Source of the DNA: an uncultured virus (IMG/VR IMGVR_UViG_3300008267_005860)
Taxonomy: Duplodnaviria > Heunggongvirae > Uroviricota > Caudoviricetes
DNA length: 20,000 bases
IMG/VR virus record: IMGVR_UViG_3300008267_005860
Strand: one strand, 5' to 3'
Part shown: piece after piece, positions 7,774 to 16,671 of the stretch
How the letters are laid out: every line of letters begins with the position of its first letter
Numbering within the stretch: the stretch's first letter is position 1
Program-made: the position numbers and the translations under genes
The notes under the pieces: generated by a model
Told to the model about the DNA's origin: nothing
The model's database searches: none
Seen by the model: only the letters and a program-made list of their open reading frames with translations

Positions 7774-8450
7774 AAGTCAGACTCGTTTCATATAGTCAAC
7801 CTACAGAAGAATTTCGCAATCAAAACATCAACGATGCACTAGATCTAGTAGCATTTTGTGCGAGAGTAAGTAATCCTAGTAATCAATTTAACACAGAGAC
7901 TAGCGAAAAACTCATCAAATATTTGATCAAACACCAACATTGGTCGCCACTCGAAATGGTTTCAGTTTGTATTGAAATTGAAACCACTAGAGATATTGCC
8001 CGACAAGTTCTGCGTCATAGAAGTTTTAGCTTCCAAGAGTTTAGTCAACGATATGCGGATCCAACTAAAGAAATTGGCGAAGCATTTACTCTGCGTGAAG
8101 CACGTTTTCAAGATAGTAAAAATCGTCAAAACTCTGTTGAGTTTGACATGCAAGACGAACAACAAAAATTATTGGCCTACGAATGGGAACGTGCTCAGAA
8201 GCGTGTTTTATATGCTGTAGAAAAAGAATACAAATGGGCTATTGCTAACGGCATTGCTAAAGAACAAGCCCGTGCATTATTGCCCGAAGGTCTTACAATG
8301 AGTCGTATGTATATGAATGGTACTCTGCGTAGCTGGATGCACTACATTGAATTACGTAGTGCTAATGGTACGCAAAAAGAACATATGGAAATTGCTCAAA
8401 TTTGCGGTCAAGTAATTGCAGAAATATTTCCGTTGTCTAAATCACTGTAA
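7770..8450 (+). CDS. thyX: FAD-dependent thymidylate synthase
   Basis: ThyX signature RHRSFSFQEFSQRY, plus HWSPLEM, KEQARALLP and NGTLRSW.HY.ELR. Confidence 0.95.
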   Translation: MKVRLVSYSQPTEEFRNQNINDALDLVAFCARVSNPSNQFNTETSEKLIKYLIKHQHWSPLEMVSVCIEIETTRDIARQVLRHRSFSFQEFSQRYADPTKEIGEAFTLREARFQDSKNRQNSVEFDMQDEQQKLLAYEWERAQKRVLYAVEKEYKWAIANGIAKEQARALLPEGLTMSRMYMNGTLRSWMHYIELRSANGTQKEHMEIAQICGQVIAEIFPLSKSL

Positions 8451-9337
8451 TGTTGCACATTATCTGATTTTCTAGTTATATTAAAATTAAATGTTTTAAA
8501 CCATTTACTTTGAATAGCTGTTAACGGATCATCTATGGGAAGCTCGTGTTTAATGAGGTTCCCAATTTTTTTGGCTAGTTCTAAAGGATCTTCACCTTTA
8601 ACTCTATCATAGAAGAATGCATTGAGATAATCAAAGTTTCGAACATTGATAAAATTCCAATCAGTAAAGTGTGTCATGTAGCAGCCTTGGCGAGCTCCTA
8701 GTATACTCCAAATACCGTGTTCTACATCTGCACCTACCATTGACCAAATACCTAACCTTTGATAATTACCCGGCCATACATCTTTTAAATGTTTGACTCG
8801 TTGGCCTTGCTCTAGACTCATTTTTACACCTTCACGGAATCCTGCTCTCCATGCTTGTAGGGCACTGCCGTTATTGTGTATCTCACTGAAACTTTTATCC
8901 AGTGGCAAATATTCTAAATCCCAACAAAAGTCTATTTGACTTTTAACATTGTCAGCGTCAGCAAGTTCGTGTGTACGCATACCTTCTACTACATGTCTTG
9001 GCCAACATTTAATGCCACCATTGCCGTACATGAGTCCGTTGATAACATTATAACTAGGCCAACTGATTACACAATTTTCAAAATTAATATCGTTAGGAAC
9101 TTCTATTACTTGATTAAGAAACTTTCCTGTAAGTACATTGTCTCCGTCTATAGTAATAAATCTATCAGTTGTGGATAACTTTGCCGCGGCTTTGTGTGCG
9201 GCATCTGAACCCTTAACTCCATGTACTCTTTTGGCCCAAGGTATTTTATTACACAAGGCAGCATAGTTACGATCAGCGTTAGGCTCATCGTAACTAATAT
9301 AGATTACATCGTATTCACTTACTGTTATTTTTCTCAT
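8408..9337 (-). CDS. Putative GT-A fold glycosyltransferase
   Basis: YDVIYISYDE, RVHGVKG..AAHKAAA and FITIDGDN (DxD after a hydrophobic strand). Paralogous to the C-terminal domain of the 1622-aa protein. Confidence 0.62.
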   Translation of the reverse strand: MRKITVSEYDVIYISYDEPNADRNYAALCNKIPWAKRVHGVKGSDAAHKAAAKLSTTDRFITIDGDNVLTGKFLNQVIEVPNDINFENCVISWPSYNVINGLMYGNGGIKCWPRHVVEGMRTHELADADNVKSQIDFCWDLEYLPLDKSFSEIHNNGSALQAWRAGFREGVKMSLEQGQRVKHLKDVWPGNYQRLGIWSMVGADVEHGIWSILGARQGCYMTHFTDWNFINVRNFDYLNAFFYDRVKGEDPLELAKKIGNLIKHELPIDDPLTAIQSKWFKTFNFNITRKSDNVQHYSDLDNGNISAIT

Positions 9338-12300
9338 TTAAAAATTGCTCGTATAACCAATCAAAGTCATTAATCTTAAATAAGTTCTCTGGATGTTCTG
9401 TAGCAAACTTACGTCCGGCGAGTGCGCCTTTTATGGCAAATTCACCATAGGGCTTGTCTGCACCTTCTGTACACCATACATTCAAACGTTCTTCAGTTTC
9501 TGCATCTACCTGACGATCAATTGTTTTACCTGCTAGTTTAGCACATTCACGGAATGCTGACTTCCAAGTTGAAAACTCATCTGTGTTAAAAGAAGTTATG
9601 TTACTGACCACTTGAACAGGTTTAAACTTGTCACTGATACTGGTTGTCATATCGGGACGAGTTACATCCATATCTAATGTAAGTTGTCTAGGCAATAGTT
9701 TAACACCACCGTAACCGTAGACTAGATTATTAACTGGGTTTTGACTGCGCCATACATGTACAGTATCATGTTCCCATACAGGTATTTCATAGTCAAACTT
9801 GAAGTCATCAACTACAACTGCGTCACCGTCAACTACCCAGAAGTTATCTGTACCTGCCTGTTCGGCTGCTTTGATGTGTGCCTGGTGAATGCCTTTAACT
9901 CCATGTACACGTTTGACTCTTGGATATAGTGTTTTAACTCTATCAAAGTTTTCGTCAGCATTACTTTCGTTATAACTGATAAACACAATGTCATAGGGTT
10001 TAACTTTACTGGCTGTGATATCCCATTCTTTCTTTTCTACAATATAACGGAATGTGATTTCTTTTTCAGTAATTGGAACATGCTTGCTCATTAAGTTAAT
10101 ACCATTATAGTTTTCTTCACCTCTAAATAGGTGTTTAAAACTGTGATTCATATTTCTGTCATAGGTATTGTGATGACTAAAATATGTATCAAAGGCAAAT
10201 GTATCAAGAGGCTCTACTTCACTAGGTACCATCCAGAACAAGTCAGTAGTTGATTTTTCTAATGCTGTTAGATAATCTCTATATGTAGTTACTGTAAATG
10301 TATCATATTTCTTTGGATAGCTAGCTACTAATTCTATTTCTTTCTTTTCACTAAAGAATCTATACTTAAATTCTTTTTCAGATACTAGTACATCCTTGCT
10401 GAACAAACAGATACCATCCCAATGTTCTCCGTTTTTAAATATGTGAGTAATGTGTTGATTATATCGTGGAACATAGTAGTCGAAGTCAAAGTCTTCAACT
10501 ACGTCAACGTCAGTCCATATACCCCAGAACATATTAGATTCAGATAAATCACATGCTTGAACATAATCTTTGTATGTAGAAATATTGAACTTATCGAACA
10601 TTTTAGGTCTACTAGCCAACTCCATCCATTCTTTGCGATCAGTTAGATATCTAAAATTAAATTCTTTTTCTGAAATAAGTTTTTTCTTACTAGCAAGTAT
10701 AACTCCGTCATAGGTATCACCGTTTTTAAATACGTGATTTTCTTCTCTATCGTAACTGTTATGATAGCTAAAATAAAGATCAAAGTTAAACCCATTGACA
10801 ATTTCAACATCGTTAGGTACTATCCAGAACAAATCAGTATTTGAAGTTTCAACAGCATTGAGATATTCTGAATACTTGTTAATATAGAATATGTCATACG
10901 GTTTAGGAGTACTAGCTACTAATTCTATTTCTTTCTTTTCACTAAAGAATCTATAATTAAATTCTCGTTCAGTAACTAACTCATGTTTTGACATCAAGCA
11001 TATACCGTCCCAGTGCTCGTCATTTTTAAATACGTGAGTGATGTGTTGATTGTAACGTGGAACATAGTAGTCAAAGTCAAAGTCTTCAACTAAATCTATA
11101 TCATACCAAACACACCAAAACATATCTGTAGTCGATTGTTTTACTGCATTGAGATAATCATCGTAGGTTTTGATGTTAACGAATCTATTAAATTCTTTTG
11201 GTCTGCTTGCAAGTATTTCCCATTCTTTTTTATCTGGTAAAAATCTATGTTTAAATTCTCGTTCACTTATTGATTTAAACTTGCTAGCAAGTATAATACC
11301 GTCATAGGTGTCGCCATTGAGGAACATATGATTTTCTTCTCTATCGTAACTGTTATGATAGCTAAAATAAAGATCAAATTTAAATTCGTCAACTGTAATA
11401 ACATCGCTAGGAACTATATAAAATAAATCTGTAAGAGATTCGTCTACTGCATTTAAATATTCATCATAACTGTCAATATAAAATATATCATACTGTTTAG
11501 GATAACTTGCTACGTAGTCAATTTCTTTCTTTTCAGTAAAGAATCTATATTTGAATTCTCGTTCACTTACAGGTAAATGTTTACTGAATAAACAGATACC
11601 ATCAAAATGATCACCGTTCTTAAAAATGTGCGTAATGTGTTGATTATATTTAGGCACATAGTAATTAAAATCAAAGTCTTCAACTACATCAACATCATGC
11701 CATACGCACCAGAACATGTTGCTGTTAGATTCCTTACAGGCATTAAGATATTGTTCGTATGTTTTAATGTAAAATTTATCAAAGAGTTGAGGTCTACTTA
11801 CAAGTATATCCCACTCTTTTCTTTCATTTAAAAATCTGTAAGTAAATTCTCGTTCACTTATTGGTGTAGACTTGCTGGCTAAAATAACACCATCATATGT
11901 GTCACCGTTGAGAAACATATGATTTTCTTGGCGGCTGTATGTATCATGATGACTAAAATATAAATCAAATTTGTAGTCATTGACCACTACAACATCATTT
12001 GGTATTAACCAGAATAGATCTGTAGTCGCAGATTGTGCAGCATCTACGTATTCTTCGTATGTGTTAACATAGAATATGTCATAATTTTTAGGATAGCTAA
12101 TAGTATAATCAACTTCTTTTTTATCAGTAAAGAATCTATATTTGAATTCTCGTTCGCTTACTTTATTATACTTGCTAAACAGGCAGACACCGTCCCAGTG
12201 CTCGCCATTTTTAAATACATGAGTGATATGTTGATTGTAACGTGGAACGTAGTAGTCAAAGTCAAAGTCTTCAACTACATTAACATCCGGCCATACACAC

Positions 12301-14183
12301 CAAAACATACTTGTTTTAGATTGTTCACAGGCTGTGAGATATTCTTCAAAAGAATTAATATACCATACTTCAAACTTAACTGGAGAACTGGCAAGTATCT
12401 CTTCTTCTTTTCTATCTATGATAAACTTATTAGTAATTTCTTTCTGTGAAATTTCTATATATTTGCTTACTAAAAAAATACCATCATAGTAATCGCCATT
12501 TAACAACGCATGATTTTCATATCGTGTACATTGTACATTAAATTTAAAATCTTCCAATACGTTAACATCGCTTGGAATCATATAAAACATGTCTGTTGTT
12601 GTCTGTGTTTTAGCTTCTAAATATTGCTCGTATGTGTCTACAATAAATTTATCATATGGTTTAGGATAACTTGCTATGTAATCTACTTCTTTCTTTTCAT
12701 TGAAGAATCTATACTTAAATTCTTTTTTGCTAATTTGATAATGCTTGCTGAACAAACATACGCCATCTAGATACTCGCCGTTTTTAAACACATGAGTTAT
12801 ATGTTGATTATAACGAGGAACATAATAATCAAATTCAAAATCTTCAACTACATTAACATCAGTCCATATAGCCCAGAACATACCTGTTGTAGATTTCTCC
12901 ACTGCTGTTAGATAATCATTGTATGTAGTAATTTCAAATTTATCAAACGCTGTTGGCATACTGGCTAATTCATCGTGTTCTTTTCTATTGATAACAAACC
13001 ATGAATTGAATTCTTTTTTGCTAATTTCCTGTTCTCTAGGAGTTAGCATAATGCCGTCATAAAAATCACCGTTTCTAAACACATGATTGATAGTTCTATT
13101 ATATGTGTCATGATGTGTGTAGTATAGGTCAAGTTTAAAATTGTCTAATATTTTTAGACTGGATGGTACTATCCAGAACATGTCAGTTGTTGAGTTATCT
13201 ATAGCTTCTAGATATTCTTCGTAGGTATCTATGTTGAACTTATCGTAGGGTTTAGGATAACTGGCTACGTAGTCAACTTCTTTCTTTTCATTAAAGAACC
13301 TATACTTAAATTCTTTATCACTTACTTTATTATGCTTGCTGAACAGGCAAAGTCCATCGTAGTGATCACCGTTCTTAAAAATGTGCGTAATGTGTTGATT
13401 ATAACGAGGTGCATAATAATCAAAGGTAAAATCTTCTACAATTTCTATATCATACCAAACACCCCAGAACATATCTGTTGTTGATTGATCACAGGCAGAT
13501 AGATAATCTTCGTAGGTCTTAATATTAAACTTTTCAAATTCTTTAGGTCGACTGGCAAGAATTTCCCACTCTTTTCGATCGCTTAAAAATCTATATTTGA
13601 ACTCTCGTTCGCTTATTGGTTTAAATTTCGACGCTAGTATAATACCATCATAGGTGTCACCGTTGAGAAACATATGATTTTCTTGTCTCTCGTAACTGTT
13701 ATGGTGACTGAAATACAGATCAAACTTAAACTCGTCAACAACATCAACATCGCTAGGCACTAACCAAAACAAATCAGTAGTTGAATTTTCTAATGCTTCG
13801 CAATATTCTTCATATGTGTCTACATAAAAAATATCGTAGCGTTTAGGACAACTTGCTACTAAATCAATTTCTTTTTTATCAGTGAAAAATCTATATTTTA
13901 ATTCTCTGTCACTAATATACTTGTGACGAGGGATCAAAGACAATCCATCAAAATATTCGTTATTTTTAAAAATATGCACATATTCTTCATCCCATTTAGG
14001 AATTGAATACGAAGAAAAATCAAAATCTTCTTTTAATTCTATATCGTCCCATACTGTCCAGAACATAGCAGTAAGGGCTTTTGATTTAGCTTCGTCAAAA
14101 TTTTTGGCTTTTTTAGCAAACGGATATTTTGATTTGATAGTTTTCCAGTTTGGATTGTTTCCAATAACAAAAATATCGTACAT
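9315..14183 (-). CDS. Giant protein: 14 tandem degenerate GT-like modules plus C-terminal intact GT-A-like domain
   Basis: Uninterrupted 1622-aa ORF. The last 227 aa (9315-9998) contain YDIVFISYNE, RVHGVKGIHQAH and FWVVDGD. The preceding 1395 aa consist of roughly 100-aa repeats. Confidence 0.85.
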   Translation of the reverse strand: MYDIFVIGNNPNWKTIKSKYPFAKKAKNFDEAKSKALTAMFWTVWDDIELKEDFDFSSYSIPKWDEEYVHIFKNNEYFDGLSLIPRHKYISDRELKYRFFTDKKEIDLVASCPKRYDIFYVDTYEEYCEALENSTTDLFWLVPSDVDVVDEFKFDLYFSHHNSYERQENHMFLNGDTYDGIILASKFKPISEREFKYRFLSDRKEWEILASRPKEFEKFNIKTYEDYLSACDQSTTDMFWGVWYDIEIVEDFTFDYYAPRYNQHITHIFKNGDHYDGLCLFSKHNKVSDKEFKYRFFNEKKEVDYVASYPKPYDKFNIDTYEEYLEAIDNSTTDMFWIVPSSLKILDNFKLDLYYTHHDTYNRTINHVFRNGDFYDGIMLTPREQEISKKEFNSWFVINRKEHDELASMPTAFDKFEITTYNDYLTAVEKSTTGMFWAIWTDVNVVEDFEFDYYVPRYNQHITHVFKNGEYLDGVCLFSKHYQISKKEFKYRFFNEKKEVDYIASYPKPYDKFIVDTYEQYLEAKTQTTTDMFYMIPSDVNVLEDFKFNVQCTRYENHALLNGDYYDGIFLVSKYIEISQKEITNKFIIDRKEEEILASSPVKFEVWYINSFEEYLTACEQSKTSMFWCVWPDVNVVEDFDFDYYVPRYNQHITHVFKNGEHWDGVCLFSKYNKVSEREFKYRFFTDKKEVDYTISYPKNYDIFYVNTYEEYVDAAQSATTDLFWLIPNDVVVVNDYKFDLYFSHHDTYSRQENHMFLNGDTYDGVILASKSTPISEREFTYRFLNERKEWDILVSRPQLFDKFYIKTYEQYLNACKESNSNMFWCVWHDVDVVEDFDFNYYVPKYNQHITHIFKNGDHFDGICLFSKHLPVSEREFKYRFFTEKKEIDYVASYPKQYDIFYIDSYDEYLNAVDESLTDLFYIVPSDVITVDEFKFDLYFSYHNSYDREENHMFLNGDTYDGIILASKFKSISEREFKHRFLPDKKEWEILASRPKEFNRFVNIKTYDDYLNAVKQSTTDMFWCVWYDIDLVEDFDFDYYVPRYNQHITHVFKNDEHWDGICLMSKHELVTEREFNYRFFSEKKEIELVASTPKPYDIFYINKYSEYLNAVETSNTDLFWIVPNDVEIVNGFNFDLYFSYHNSYDREENHVFKNGDTYDGVILASKKKLISEKEFNFRYLTDRKEWMELASRPKMFDKFNISTYKDYVQACDLSESNMFWGIWTDVDVVEDFDFDYYVPRYNQHITHIFKNGEHWDGICLFSKDVLVSEKEFKYRFFSEKKEIELVASYPKKYDTFTVTTYRDYLTALEKSTTDLFWMVPSEVEPLDTFAFDTYFSHHNTYDRNMNHSFKHLFRGEENYNGINLMSKHVPITEKEITFRYIVEKKEWDITASKVKPYDIVFISYNESNADENFDRVKTLYPRVKRVHGVKGIHQAHIKAAEQAGTDNFWVVDGDAVVVDDFKFDYEIPVWEHDTVHVWRSQNPVNNLVYGYGGVKLLPRQLTLDMDVTRPDMTTSISDKFKPVQVVSNITSFNTDEFSTWKSAFRECAKLAGKTIDRQVDAETEERLNVWCTEGADKPYGEFAIKGALAGRKFATEHPENLFKINDFDWLYEQFLNEKNNSK
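9999..14183 (-). repeat. Intragenic tandem repeat: about 295-bp units alternating between two subtypes (about 590-bp super-period, 7 pairs)
   Basis: Subtype B: FW.VW.D...DF.FDYYVPRYNQHITH.FKNG...DG.CL. Subtype A: FW..P.D...F.FDLYFS.H..Y.R.ENH.F.NGDTYDG..L. Exact nucleotide copies include 10735-10784 = 11329-11378. Confidence 0.92.
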
Positions 14184-14189
14184 ATCATT

Positions 14190-14921
14190 CTACCAGGTAA
14201 TAAACTTATATAGCTCTTTTGCGTAGAGCTCGTGAGGTTTTCCTCCATGATGCCAATACTGCGCCAGTGAGTTTTGATGTCCTTCTCTCACATACTTGGG
14301 ATAAAAGGCATTGTAAGAATTATCAAAGTCCATGTAACGGGATCCGTCTATTAATTTTAAGTAAAAGTCAGTCCATCGATCTCTTTTAGCAAAGTGCATA
14401 GTATTACACATGACATAAGGAATGTCCATTGACTTAAAATAAGATTGCATTTGGTGAGCAAGATTTAAACTTTGTATTTCTAAATATGATTGATTTGATG
14501 CCATGAACTTTTGATAGAATGGTATTATACGTTTTTCCCAATCAGCGTTTCCGTTAAATCCAGGATTTAATCTATAGAATACATTATTAGTGTTTCCAAA
14601 CCAAGAGTTAGTTTCAGATATAATGTATTTTGTTCCTAGCTCTGAAGGTATTTCCATACGTATACTTTCAGTCCATGCAACGCATATAAACAAATCCATA
14701 GTTGATACGTCATATTCTTTATGCAACCATTCTAGTACAGACCTAGCTATAGTAGGATTAGCCGATCCCGGAGACGAAATATTAATAGGTCTACGACCCA
14801 ACATACTTGCTAATAAGTTCCCGAATGAGTTATTTCTGTTAAAATCAGAATCTAATTTTCCATCTATTTCTGAGCCGGCTGCATGACTACATCCAGAGAT
14901 GAGCATAACTTTTTCTTTCAT
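14190..14921 (-). CDS. SGNH/GDSL-like hydrolase or acyltransferase
   Basis: N-terminal ISGCSH (block I-like, Ser nucleophile), NISSPGSAN (block II-like) and C-terminal WHHGGKPH..YA (block V-like His). Confidence 0.5.
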   Translation of the reverse strand: MKEKVMLISGCSHAAGSEIDGKLDSDFNRNNSFGNLLASMLGRRPINISSPGSANPTIARSVLEWLHKEYDVSTMDLFICVAWTESIRMEIPSELGTKYIISETNSWFGNTNNVFYRLNPGFNGNADWEKRIIPFYQKFMASNQSYLEIQSLNLAHQMQSYFKSMDIPYVMCNTMHFAKRDRWTDFYLKLIDGSRYMDFDNSYNAFYPKYVREGHQNSLAQYWHHGGKPHELYAKELYKFITW

Positions 14922-16174
14922 TTCTCTAACCTCTGTACTGTTTTAAAAGTTGTTTTTTCTAACAAACAGTGATAGTTATGATCTAATACTTCCTGCATTT
15001 GATTATAAATTTCTCTTAACTCATTAATACTTTTTGAATTTATGTAATTAATTAAATTTAAAATTTTTATAATACGCTTTTCATGATTTGTTTCTTGATC
15101 ATAACTTTCGTCCCAAAAATCTGAAAATGTTTTAAAGCCCATTCTTTTAGCATATTCTATAGTATGAGGAGGTGCTACTAATATAAAAGGACGCTTATAT
15201 CTTATGGCTTGATATAATTTTTCGCTGTAATTACCACAATGCTGTGCAAATCTTGTTTCATTAATTACATCACAAAAACTATCATTGTAAAAATTTTCTA
15301 ATGGATTTAATCTAGGATTATTAATTGCAGGAGTTTCATAGATAGTATAATCATCTGTCACTGGATAATGAGATGCTGTATTATCAGTTATTTCTACTAA
15401 AGCTTTAGCTTTGATATCTAAACATACTGGAGAATGATAATTTAAAATTTCTAATCCAGAGTTAAGTTGATCATATAGTTCTTTATTTGTTTTTTTCCAT
15501 TGATGTAGAGGAAAAAATAAATCATGTGAAAATGCTTGGTTATTACAATTAAAATACCAACTGTAGTTAGAAGAAACTGTTGATAAGAATGCAGTAATTA
15601 GATGACGATGTTTTGTGTATCGCCAATTTACACAAATAAATTTTTTAGTAAATTTGTTATTAGGAAAACTCTCAAATAAAGAATAATTTTTTAAAAATAG
15701 ATCATTTGTTACTAACTTCATCATCTTTGTATAATGTGGATGATAGTGAGCTGCTTTGTAATCACAGGTATTTACTATTACTTTTTTTAAACCATTACGT
15801 GTAATATATTCTTTAATACTTTCTAACTCATCAGCTCGCATTTCTTGTACATTTGTTTCAAAAGGAAATTCACTGTAAAATCCTCTGTTGTGATGATACT
15901 GTTCTTTACGAGAACAAATAGGTTCGTATAAGAAAAAATGCAAACCTAAATTATTCATAATTGATATGTCGTCAATACTATGACTGATATTTTTTAATCC
16001 CGTTAATTCTCCGTTACCCATGTAAACAAACACAGGCACATGAGGAGCCAGGCCTGAAGAATTTCTAACCTGCTTCATAAAAAGATTTGCATCTGTTTCA
16101 GCGCGGTTTGACATGCCCGGAATATTAAACCAATGTAGTTGTGTTAATTCGTGCTCAGGGGGGCTAGTAATCAA
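14918..16174 (-). CDS. Hypothetical protein with C-terminal GT-B/GT10-like motif (putative glycosyltransferase)
   Basis: TTG start overlapping the upstream stop (TTGA). C-terminal FCDVINET...NYSEKLYQAI..KRPFI resembles the F....EN....Y.TEK...A....PI motif of GT10 fucosyltransferases. The functional call is weak. Confidence 0.45.
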   Translation of the reverse strand: MITSPPEHELTQLHWFNIPGMSNRAETDANLFMKQVRNSSGLAPHVPVFVYMGNGELTGLKNISHSIDDISIMNNLGLHFFLYEPICSRKEQYHHNRGFYSEFPFETNVQEMRADELESIKEYITRNGLKKVIVNTCDYKAAHYHPHYTKMMKLVTNDLFLKNYSLFESFPNNKFTKKFICVNWRYTKHRHLITAFLSTVSSNYSWYFNCNNQAFSHDLFFPLHQWKKTNKELYDQLNSGLEILNYHSPVCLDIKAKALVEITDNTASHYPVTDDYTIYETPAINNPRLNPLENFYNDSFCDVINETRFAQHCGNYSEKLYQAIRYKRPFILVAPPHTIEYAKRMGFKTFSDFWDESYDQETNHEKRIIKILNLINYINSKSINELREIYNQMQEVLDHNYHCLLEKTTFKTVQRLEK

Positions 16175-16671
16175 AGCAGTTCTCCTGTAATCTGAAGTGT
16201 ATATCTATCTTCTACTCCTATATTACTAGCTGCATGAGGAACATCATATTGCCAGAAAAAATAGTCGCCTGCTTTCCAATTTACATAGCCAACATCTGCT
16301 ATTTCTAAATAATGTCCGGGTTGCCAATCTTCTAACATAATTAAAACTCTACAGACATTTGTTGGAACTGCATTAAACAATTTAGTATAAGTTCTAAAAT
16401 GGTCAGTATGAGTAGGCATTATTTCTAGGGTACTCATTTTATAAAAATTATATGTTTGATTTTTTAAACCAAATATATTGTTAAACTTTTCTACCCAACT
16501 TGGCAATGGGTTTTTACTGTCATACATTGATCCTGTAAAACTTTTTATACAGTCATAACCTTTTTCTTTCCACTGGGCAATTTCTTGTTCAGTTACTGGT
16601 TGTTTAACGTAAGAAAAAGTCCTATAACTTTTATCCCAAAAAGGATTAACATGTCCAGTATAAAAGTTCAT
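16171..16671 (-). CDS. 2OG-Fe(II) oxygenase / cupin-fold (DSBH) protein
   Basis: HxD...H facial triad (PTHTD ... PHAASN) followed by R.TLQITG, as in Asp/Asn beta-hydroxylase-like enzymes. Confidence 0.7.
   Translation of the reverse strand: MNFYTGHVNPFWDKSYRTFSYVKQPVTEQEIAQWKEKGYDCIKSFTGSMYDSKNPLPSWVEKFNNIFGLKNQTYNFYKMSTLEIMPTHTDHFRTYTKLFNAVPTNVCRVLIMLEDWQPGHYLEIADVGYVNWKAGDYFFWQYDVPHAASNIGVEDRYTLQITGELL

Noticed and set aside
9999..14183. Long periodic repeats as a CRISPR array or diversity-generating retroelement target
   Set aside because: The repeats are in-frame protein modules of about 295 bp inside one ORF. There are no constant short repeats with unique spacers, no obvious adenine-specific variation, and no cas or reverse transcriptase gene in the window.
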